In this document: positions 27,302 to 35,404 of the stretch, in pieces
Layout: each line of letters opens with the position of its first letter
Numbering within the stretch: position 1 is the stretch's first letter
Translations under genes and position numbers: made by a program
NCBI GenBank assembly: GCA_963666485.2
Contig: CAXXUO010000002.1
Location: 192,001-256,000 of the forward strand
Length of the DNA: 64,000 nt
Direction of reading: 5' to 3'
Source: Syntrophorhabdaceae bacterium
GTDB lineage: Bacteria; Desulfobacterota; Syntrophorhabdia; Syntrophorhabdales; Syntrophorhabdaceae
The notes under the pieces: model-generated
The model's input: only the letters and a program-made list of their open reading frames with translations
The model's database searches: none
What the model was told of the DNA's origin: nothing

Positions 27302-28038
27302 TGTACCACCTCGCTTTGCCGGCTGTCCGACGCTATGAGGCCGTCGCGGAAACGCACCGTGCGGCTCGCGTATTCGGCCATGTCCGGCTCATGTGTCACC
27401 ATCATGATCGTGATCCCGCGCTCCCTGTTGAGCGACGTTAAAAGTTCCATGATCTCCACGCTCCGGATCGAGTCGAGATTCCCCGTCGGCTCGTCGGCAA
27501 GAAGCACGGTCGGCGTTGTTGCGATCGCCCGCGCTATGGCGACCCTCTGCTGCTGGCCGCCGGAAAGCTCCGCGGGCGAGTGATGTTCCCAACCCGAAAG
27601 CCCGACGGCGTCGAGCGCCTCGTGTGCTATCCTGCTCCTTTCGGTGTGATGTATGCCCCTGTATACGAGGGGAAGCTCCACGTTCTCGAGGGCCGAGGTA
27701 CGGCTCAGGAGGTTGAATCCCTGGAAGACGAACCCGAGGTAATGGCGCCTGAGCAGGGCCCTCTGGTTCCGCGAAAGATTCCCGATATCGATACCCCGAA
27801 AAAGGTACTGCCCGCTCGTCGGCGTATCGAGACAGCCAAGGAGGTTCATACAGGTGGATTTCCCGCATCCGCTCGGGCCCATGACCGCGACGAAATCACT
27901 TTCATAGATCGTGAGGTCGATGCCCTTCAAGGCCTGGAGCGCGGCCTGGCCTTTGCCGTAGACCTTGGTTATCCCTTTGAGCTCGATAAGCGGCTGATCG
28001 TTGTCCCGTGTCATTTCATTCACCTGGGCGTTCATCAC
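27298..28038 (-). CDS. ABC transporter ATP-binding subunit (MacB/LolD type)
   Basis: Walker A GPSGCGKST; signature LSGGQQQR; Walker B LLADEPTGNLD. Confidence 0.95.
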   Translation of the reverse strand: MMNAQVNEMTRDNDQPLIELKGITKVYGKGQAALQALKGIDLTIYESDFVAVMGPSGCGKSTCMNLLGCLDTPTSGQYLFRGIDIGNLSRNQRALLRRHYLGFVFQGFNLLSRTSALENVELPLVYRGIHHTERSRIAHEALDAVGLSGWEHHSPAELSGGQQQRVAIARAIATTPTVLLADEPTGNLDSIRSVEIMELLTSLNRERGITIMMVTHEPDMAEYASRTVRFRDGLIASDSRQSEVVQ

Positions 28039-29372
28039 TTCTGCCTCACGATGTCGGTCGCAACGAACGTACCCGGCATAATATTCCCTTCAACGACCTG
28101 CGTCATCGTCCCGTCCGTCGCACCGATCTTGACGGGGACCCGGACGACGCCCTGCCCTTCGATCTTCCAGACAGCGGCGTTGTCATTCTGTTTCTGCTGT
28201 GCGGGCTTCGGACCGGCTGTCGGCGGCCTGCGGCCTATGAGGTTCGTAAGGAGCTTGCTGCCCGACTGGCCGTCACTTTGTGCCTTGTCCTGGGGCGGCG
28301 TGAACCTCAGCGCCGAATTCGGTATGAGTGTCGCGTCGGGGATGCTGTTCACGGTTATGAATGCCGTGGCCGTCATCCCGGGCCTCAAGAACATCTCCGA
28401 ATTGTCGACCTCGAGCACCGTCTCGTATGTTACGACATTATTTTCCGTCTTCGACGCGAACCGGGCCTCTTTGACCCGGGCAGGGAATTTCCTGTCGGGA
28501 AAAGCATCGACCGTAAAGATCGCCTTCTGGCCCACCTCGACCTTGCCGATATCGGCCTCGTCAACGAAGATGTTCAATTCCATCTGCTTCAGATCTTCCG
28601 CGAGCTTGAAAAGGAGCGGGGTCTGCAGCGATGCGGCGACCGTCTGGCCCGGCTCAACCTTGCGTTCAAGGACGATACCATTAATGGGCGAGCGTATCGT
28701 CGCCTTCTCGAGGTCCGTCCGGTTCGACCTGAGCGTCGCCTCGGCCTTGGCGATATCCGCGCGCGCTGTATTCTCGAGCGCCTTCGCCCGTTTATAAGCC
28801 GCCTCGGCAGCATCATACTCGGTGCGGGACGGCACCTTTCCGCCGCTGAGCTCCAGGCTCTCCTTGAACCTTTTCAACTTGCTCTCGGTCTCGAGCGCCG
28901 TCGCCTTCGCCTCTTCGAGTTTTGCCTTTGCATATTTCAGGGTCGCTTCGGATTGAAGCACCTGCGCTTCCAGTTTCGTCGTGTCGAGCTTTGCCAGGAC
29001 ATCTCCCTTTTTTACCCGGGAGTTATAGTCGACGAGCACCGTCTTCATCGTCCCCGACACCTCCGTGCCCACCTCGACCTGTTCCACCGGCTGGAGGTTC
29101 CCCGTTGCGGTCACGGTGACGGTCAGTTCGCCCTTTTTCACCTCTGCGCTCCTGTAGCGGACCTGGGACTTTCCCGTCGCCGCATAGACTATGACCGCCC
29201 CTGCCAGCACGAGTACCGCCGCGATGCATACAAGCCACATCATTCGTTTTGTAAAGAATGACCGCGGTGCCGAATTCAAGATCTTCTTCAGATACGATAC
29301 GTCGTCACGAGATGTTTCCATATGAGGCTCCTTGCCAAACAATTTTTTGTCCTGTTGTTCCGTGTTTTTCAT
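28035..29372 (-). CDS. MacA-like periplasmic adaptor (membrane fusion protein)
   Basis: N-terminal TM; VTATGNLQP, IRSPINGIV and LRPGMTA; coiled-coil hairpin. Confidence 0.92.
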   Translation of the reverse strand: MKNTEQQDKKLFGKEPHMETSRDDVSYLKKILNSAPRSFFTKRMMWLVCIAAVLVLAGAVIVYAATGKSQVRYRSAEVKKGELTVTVTATGNLQPVEQVEVGTEVSGTMKTVLVDYNSRVKKGDVLAKLDTTKLEAQVLQSEATLKYAKAKLEEAKATALETESKLKRFKESLELSGGKVPSRTEYDAAEAAYKRAKALENTARADIAKAEATLRSNRTDLEKATIRSPINGIVLERKVEPGQTVAASLQTPLLFKLAEDLKQMELNIFVDEADIGKVEVGQKAIFTVDAFPDRKFPARVKEARFASKTENNVVTYETVLEVDNSEMFLRPGMTATAFITVNSIPDATLIPNSALRFTPPQDKAQSDGQSGSKLLTNLIGRRPPTAGPKPAQQKQNDNAAVWKIEGQGVVRVPVKIGATDGTMTQVVEGNIMPGTFVATDIVRQK

Positions 29373-29385
29373 GGTCCTGACTATG

Positions 29386-29413
29386 AGTCGCAGGGAAACG
29401 GGGAAAGGTTACA
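29386..29413 (-). promoter_or_regulatory. ECF-type promoter TGTAACC-N16-CGACT upstream of the macA-like gene
   Basis: Identical boxes and spacing to the motif at 29664-29691 on the + strand. Confidence 0.75.
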
Positions 29414-29457
29414 AAAAATTTTCGCCCCAAGATCCATAACCCTAATTCCTCCCACAT

Positions 29458-29610
29458 CGTCATCCCGGCCCCCGAGCCGGGACCCAAGGTTTTTTTCTGC
29501 ATCTCCAGATAAATGGCGATGAACTACTGAAAAAAGACGGTAGATGAAGCGGAGATGACGCGGGGTAGAAACAAAAAAACCTTGGGTCCCGGGTCAAGCC
29601 CGGGATGACG
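29458..29610. repeat. CGTC-type REP doublet between the divergent promoters
   Basis: CGTCATCCCGG..CCGGGACCCAAGGTTTTTTT ... AAAAAAACCTTGGGTCCCGGG..CCCGGGATGACG. Confidence 0.8.
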
Positions 29611-29663
29611 GACTTTGCTTTATGACGGTAAAAAGAGCTGCCTCCCAGGCTTTCAAAAAACTT

Positions 29664-29691
29664 TGTAACCTTTTAAATGTTGCAAGCGACT
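29664..29691 (+). promoter_or_regulatory. ECF-type autoregulatory promoter TGTAACC-N16-CGACT
   Basis: tgtaacc ttttaaatgttgcaag cgact, upstream of the ECF sigma gene. Confidence 0.75.
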
Positions 29692-29880
29692 TAAAGATTA
29701 AAGAAACGGGCCGGAAGTTAAAAGGCCCGCGAGGAAAGAATGATCGGAGCATCGGAAACATTACCCGTTTCACCCGCCAGTATCGGCGCGATACCATTTC
29801 TCCTGACCGGGATCGCTGGGGACGGTGCCCTTGCCCTGCCTTTACGTGTCTGTTATAACAGAGTATCAGGATATCGCAGC

Positions 29881-30465
29881 ATGACCGAAACCGACCAGGA
29901 CCGCGAAGCCGCCCTCTATATCGACCGTATCATACGCGGCGATAAAGATGCCTTCTCCTTTATAATTAAGACGTACAAGATGTATGTTCTCAAGATCGTC
30001 AACCGCCACATACCCTACGAGGATGCCGAAGAGGTGGCGCATGACGCATTCATCCGCATCTATGAATCTCTTTCTCAATTCAAGGGACAGGGCGGGTTCA
30101 GGAACTGGATGGCCGCTATAGCGACCCGCACGTGTTACGACTACTGGCGGCGGGCGTACCGCTCGAAGGAAGTGCCCATGAGCTCGCTTGGCGATGAACA
30201 CCGTGAATGGCTGGAACGGGCAGCGTCCGGGACAGCGTCCGTGGAAGACATCGCCCGCGAGGCCGAGGCCCGCGAGGTGCTCGACTATGCTTTATCCAAA
30301 TTATCACCACAGGACAGGATGGTCCTCACGCTCATCTACATGGAAGGATTGTCGGTCCGCGAGGTCGCCGATCTCACCGGCTTCAGCGTGGCAAACGTGA
30401 AGATCAGGTCCTTCCGCTCGCGCAGGAAATTGCATAAGATCCTGAAAGATTCAGCCAGGAGATGA
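29881..30465 (+). CDS. ECF (sigma-70 group 4) RNA polymerase sigma factor
   Basis: Region 2 DAEEVAHDAF..FRNWMAAIATRTCYD; region 4 EGLSVREVADLTGFSVANVKIRSFRSR. Confidence 0.93.
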   Translation: MTETDQDREAALYIDRIIRGDKDAFSFIIKTYKMYVLKIVNRHIPYEDAEEVAHDAFIRIYESLSQFKGQGGFRNWMAAIATRTCYDYWRRAYRSKEVPMSSLGDEHREWLERAASGTASVEDIAREAEAREVLDYALSKLSPQDRMVLTLIYMEGLSVREVADLTGFSVANVKIRSFRSRRKLHKILKDSARR

Positions 30466-30478
30466 AAGGGGCAGGCAC

Positions 30479-30793
30479 ATGAAGAAAGAAGACAGGAACA
30501 TCGAAGAGGCTTTAGCCGCGGCACACCGGAGGCGTCAGGGGCCCGAGCCCGGCGAGGACTGGGAAGTGTCGGTTATGAGAAGCATACGGAATGTCGCCGG
30601 CGAATCGCAAGGGGTACGCTGGTCCGAGCTGATCGGGAGGCTTTTCTGGGAGATATGCCCCGCCGCGTGCGCTGTCATTATTTTCCTTGCGATCGCCACA
30701 TACCGGCTGAACGTCATCCCACCCGAGGACTTTGCCCAGATGGTGACGGCGGATGACACGATCGAAGTCATTATCGGCGACAGCAACGGTTAA
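30479..30793 (+). CDS. Putative single-TM anti-sigma factor
   Basis: Directly after the sigma gene; short cytoplasmic domain plus one TM helix. Confidence 0.65.
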   Translation: MKKEDRNIEEALAAAHRRRQGPEPGEDWEVSVMRSIRNVAGESQGVRWSELIGRLFWEICPAACAVIIFLAIATYRLNVIPPEDFAQMVTADDTIEVIIGDSNG

Positions 30794-30805
30794 AGGAGTC
30801 ATGCC

Positions 30806-31474
30806 ATGAATACCGTAAAACTGGTCGTTATATTTATTCTGGTCCTTGTCGTGGGGATATTCGCCGGCTCGCTGGGTACAAAGATATACCTGAAGCATGA
30901 GCTTCAAAGGACCGGCCCGGGCAGGCAGTCCTCCGAAGAAAAGGTGAACAGGATCGTCGGACGCCTGACGGAGGACCTCAAACTTGACGCCGGTCAACAG
31001 GACGAGGTCCGGAAGATCATCACGGCGACCGAGGCACGGGCAACAGGCCTCAAGGCACTGTACGAGCCGGACCTGAAAGAGATATACGACCGGAGCTTCG
31101 CGAGGATCGGTGAAAAACTGAATGCCGAACAGAAGATAAGACTTCTGAAAAGGCAGGAGAGATTTTCCTCCCGGTTCAACGCAATGTATTTCAGGTCATT
31201 GCAGGCCGCCCGGGCGGGGATACCGGACATGGAAACTATTTCCCGTCTTCTCAACCTCGATGCGTCCCGGCGCGAGCACGTACGGGCGGTCCTCAAAGAC
31301 CGGAAGGAACGGGAGGACCTCGTGATAGCGAAATATCAGAAACTGGAGCGGCCGGACCTCGCGGCACTCAGCGGGGACCTCAAGAAGATCCGCACCGACA
31401 CAGAGAAGGACCTTTCGCGTGTGCTTTCGAGCGATCAGCTCAGGCATTTCAAGACGGATGTCGAGGCCTACTGA
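30806..31474 (+). CDS. Membrane-anchored periplasmic helical protein (Spy/CpxP-like)
   Basis: N-terminal TM; repeated LKLDAGQQ / LNAEQK / LSSDQ (LTxxQ-like) motifs; AAGGAG RBS. Confidence 0.65.
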   Translation: MNTVKLVVIFILVLVVGIFAGSLGTKIYLKHELQRTGPGRQSSEEKVNRIVGRLTEDLKLDAGQQDEVRKIITATEARATGLKALYEPDLKEIYDRSFARIGEKLNAEQKIRLLKRQERFSSRFNAMYFRSLQAARAGIPDMETISRLLNLDASRREHVRAVLKDRKEREDLVIAKYQKLERPDLAALSGDLKKIRTDTEKDLSRVLSSDQLRHFKTDVEAY

Positions 31475-33699
31475 TCAGTCGAGATGTGCCTTGAGTGAAA
31501 GGTTGGTGTAGATCAGCCGCTGTCCCATCTGCCGGATGATGAACCTGTGAAAAGCCGCGGCAAGGTGCGGGTCGTCCTTTTCCATCCTCTGCAAAGCATC
31601 GACGGTTATCTTGTAAAAAACGCTCTGCGATTCGGTCACGACCGACGCGGTTGAAGGTTCGCGCAGGTAAAGGCCCAGCTCGCCTATGATCGTCCCGGGG
31701 CCGAGCGTCCTCAAACGGACACTCTGGCCCGAGGCGTCCTCGAGATTGACCGTCGCGCTGCCGGATTCAAGATAGTACAGGGAGTGCGGCGGGTCGTTCT
31801 GCCGTATCAGGTAAAAACCGGCAGGCACCTCCTTGCGCTCTGCGTATTCAATGAGCTCGCGCACCTGCCCCGCGTCTTCGGGAAAAGCTCGCGCAAATGC
31901 TCCTCGAGGGGATATTTTTCATTCCCGGACAGTGCGCGCTCCGAGCGAAGGATCTCATTCTCGCACCATTCCGCGGCAAGATCGAGATCGGGGAACACCC
32001 GGAACGGGCCCGCTTCGCCGGGGTCAATGCCCTCCCGCCCAAGAAGCGCCAGGGCATCCCCGGGCACCTGCGCAAAGACGATCGTGTACCCCGCCGATCT
32101 GGCCTGTTCCCCCATCTTTATGAACGTATTGACTGCCGATGAATCGAGCCCGTTGACAAGGCGGAAATCGAGGACGGCGAACCGGAGAGCGTCACGTGTC
32201 GCGTCATTTGCCCTCTTGCGGATCCTGTCGTACAGGTCGTTCGCGGTCCCGAAGAAGATAAAACCCTGCAGTTTCAAGATATAAATGCTGCTGCCCTTTT
32301 CCGAGAGTATCGCCTTCTGCGCGGGGGCACGGTCCACATTGCTCTGGAAACTGATCCCCGACAACGAATGCTTGACGACGCTTACATGGCTGTATTTGAC
32401 AACGAATATCACGATCGCGACGAGCATCCCGACGGCGACCCCCTGGAGGAAACCGAACATCCCGATGATAACGAGAATGAAGACGATGAGGGCATAATCG
32501 GTCTTTGGAAGCCGCGTCCACGTGCGGTAGAGCCATTCATAAAGAAATGTCAACCCCAGGAAAAGCAGTACGCCGCCCATGATCGGCCGCGGGAAGTACG
32601 CGAGCAGGGAACTGCCGAAGAGTATGATGGAACCGCACAGGACGGCCGAGATCACGCCCACCATGCGGCTCTTTGCCCCCATTGAATACCCGAGGGCCGA
32701 AAGGCTCAGGGAGTGGAACCCGACCGTGCTCCCCGTAAAGCCGGAAAGCAGGTTGGCATATCCTGTCGCGCGCAACTCCCTGTTCAGGTCGATGTCCTCC
32801 TTCACGACGATCTCCAGCCCGCTTGCGTTCAGCAAAAGCGATATGCAGCTCAAGATGAGGATGGTCAGGATCTTGCCCGTCTGCGCGGCGACAAGCCTCC
32901 AGTCGATCTGTGCGACGGTCGACATCGTCAGGTCCCGTGCCCCGCTGCCTTCAATAGACCCGATCAGCCAGCCCCCGGCCTTCAGGTCGGTAAACGTGGC
33001 CCCCACCGAATGTGCGACTATGTAAAAGAGGATAAAGGAGATCGTGAGCCAGACGGGCATCACGAGATAATGATTGCGCCAGCGCAGGATAAAGAAAAGC
33101 ACGAGGGCGAATGCAAGGCCCGGCAGCCATTTGGCCAGAAGACCGGACGAGGCGAGATACGCCATGTTCTCCACCGTGAGCGCCCTGCCTGTCATGACGC
33201 CGAACGCCCCTTTGACGAGAAGCAGGCCCGTCCCGGCGAGAAACCCCCCGATAACGGGATACGGCACGAAGCGTATGAGGTTGCCTAAATTGAGGTATCC
33301 CAGGATGAGGAAGAAGACCCCGGTTGCGCACGACGTGATAAAAATGGCGGCAATGACCGTCGCGAAAACCGCACCGCCGGTTGCCCCCGCGGTCATGTGG
33401 CCGGCGATCGAGGCGGCGATGATCGCGACGATGGCCGCGGGTATCTCATGCGGGCGCGCAACCGTGCCGGCATAGGAACTCGTCAGCGCGGTCACGACGC
33501 CGAGGATGAATGCGCCGAAAAGGATAAGCGAGATGCCGGTCGAGACATAGCCCGAAAGAGGGCCTGAAAATATAAGGGCCGAAAAGGCGCAGGCCATCGC
33601 GATGGTCAGGACGCCCGAAATGAGACCGGCGGTCGCGATCGTAAGGTAACGGCCGGGTGCCGGGGCTGAAAGCTCACCGCTTAGCGCATTGTCCGCCAT
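31475..33699 (-). pseudogene. SulP-family anion transporter with STAS and cNMP-binding domains, split by a 1-nt frameshift near 31880
   Basis: SulP TM core (LIRFVPYPVIGGFLAG) and STAS (LQGFIFFGTA, LDSSA) in one frame; cNMP domain (LYYLESG, IGELGLYL) in another. Adding one base gives ...LFPEDAGQVRELIEY. Confidence 0.75.
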
Positions 33700-33743
33700 A
33701 TCCCTCACAATAACGGGATATTAAGCTCTTGTCAATCTGAACC

Positions 33744-35165
33744 TTACGGCGGCGTGGCTTTGCTGCCGTCGAGCATCTGCAGGTTGTTCATGGCATGCTC
33801 GAGCCCGGGATCTATCTCGAGCGCGCGCAGATATGCCTCGCGGGCGTCGCCCTTACGGCCGGCAAGGTAATACGCGTATCCCAGGTTATTGTAGGCCCGC
33901 GCATTTGCAGGGGATTTCTTCACCGTATCTTCCCACAGGGCTGTTTCGCTTGAATACACGCGGTTCCGGGCAACGGTAAAAGAACCGAGAACGATCGAGA
34001 TACACACCAGGAATATCACAAAAAAGCGAAACCGCGGAAGTCTCCGGTAAAAAAATGACGTTATCGCAATTGCCGCTGCGAGGAACAATCCCCAGCTCGC
34101 GTGATAGAAATGCCGGTCGCTTATACTGTCGATACGCGGTATCAGGACCACCATGGCCATGGCAAGAAAGAACCAGCATATCCCGAAGGCGACATACGCC
34201 CTCTTCCGCACAATTCCCAGGAGGGTGATAACGGCAAGCACAACGACAGCCGCAGTCTGAAGGGAAAAAGCGGACGAGGTGAACAGTTCACCGGGGTCGA
34301 TATTGAGCCGGTTCGGCAGGAACAGGTGGAAGAGAAGCTCCCCGGCGGCCGTCGCCTGGCCGATGAGGTTCTCCCTGAACCCCCTTAACCCGAAACTGTA
34401 CATGAGAATGTAGCGGTACCGGGGATGGGCGAGGACCATGGCAATGATCCCCGCAAAAAGCGCCCAATGGACCCATTGCCGGGACAGCGTTTTCTTGAAG
34501 GGCCTTACATGACCCGTGCCCGCCTCGTACAGGACAAGGGCCAAGGGTAGGGTGATGGCGTATTCCTTGGTTGCGACCCCCATGAGGAACAGAAGCGGCG
34601 ACAGGGCATACAGCCAGATCTTTTTCCCTTCCCGCGAACCCTTCACGTAAGCGGCGATGCTCCCCAGGCAGAACATCGTCATCAAAGAAGCGCTGCGCCC
34701 GCTTATATATGTGACGGCTTCCGTCTGGATGGGGTGCAGGGCGAACAGAAGTGCTGTCAGGAGGGCTGCCGGGTATGCGCCGTTTTCGGGAAGGCCCGTT
34801 TTGCTTTCCTTCACAAAAGAGACTGTGAGGTTGTATACGAGAAGTACATTAATGAGATGGATGGCAAGGTTGAATACGTGAAATCCGAACACCCCCGCGG
34901 GCGATGTCCAGTTCAGGGTATACGTTAGCTTGAGCAAAGGCCGGATGCCGGGAACGAACTGTTTCCAGAAGGCAGGCCATGAATGTACGGCCGGGTTGAA
35001 CACGATGACGTTGTAGTCATCGAGCTGGAACACACCCCGGAATGAGTTGATATAGACGATAAGCGCCGCGCCGAGCGGTATCAACGCGTATAAAGCACGG
35101 CTCGCGTCGGGCCAGTTCTTATTTTCCGAAGAAACCACCAGCCTTCTTGAAAACGTCAACAACAC
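33744..35165 (-). CDS. TMTC-like GT-C membrane glycosyltransferase with C-terminal TPR
   Basis: DDYNVIVFNPAV acidic motif after TM1; RPL, FHVFNLAIH, LFALHPIQTEAVTYISGR, KE and DRHFY; terminal TPR (AYNNLG). Start uncertain. Confidence 0.8.
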   Translation of the reverse strand: MLLTFSRRLVVSSENKNWPDASRALYALIPLGAALIVYINSFRGVFQLDDYNVIVFNPAVHSWPAFWKQFVPGIRPLLKLTYTLNWTSPAGVFGFHVFNLAIHLINVLLVYNLTVSFVKESKTGLPENGAYPAALLTALLFALHPIQTEAVTYISGRSASLMTMFCLGSIAAYVKGSREGKKIWLYALSPLLFLMGVATKEYAITLPLALVLYEAGTGHVRPFKKTLSRQWVHWALFAGIIAMVLAHPRYRYILMYSFGLRGFRENLIGQATAAGELLFHLFLPNRLNIDPGELFTSSAFSLQTAAVVVLAVITLLGIVRKRAYVAFGICWFFLAMAMVVLIPRIDSISDRHFYHASWGLFLAAAIAITSFFYRRLPRFRFFVIFLVCISIVLGSFTVARNRVYSSETALWEDTVKKSPANARAYNNLGYAYYLAGRKGDAREAYLRALEIDPGLEHAMNNLQMLDGSKATPP

Positions 35166-35388
35166 CCGGTGCCGGGTTGGAAGGATTCACCGACGGAACA
35201 GGGACAGGTTGTGAATTGCCTGTCTGCCCTGTGTTCTGGCGCGACGTACCGCTTCTGCCTGACGAGCTGTCCTGCCCCCCGGAGCCCGGCAGCTGCAGGC
35301 CGGGTATGGTCTGGCTCCCGGCTTCGCATACCATGAACAAAAAGCACAGGCCGAGGATAATAAGGGAAATGATCTTGACAGTTTTCAC
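35119..35388 (-). CDS. Small exported Ser/Gly/Pro/Thr-rich protein
   Basis: GTG start with AGGAGG RBS; signal peptide; low-complexity mature region. Confidence 0.7.
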   Translation of the reverse strand: MKTVKIISLIILGLCFLFMVCEAGSQTIPGLQLPGSGGQDSSSGRSGTSRQNTGQTGNSQPVPVPSVNPSNPAPGVVDVFKKAGGFFGK

Positions 35389-35404
35389 GGTGCCTCCTGC
35401 AGCA

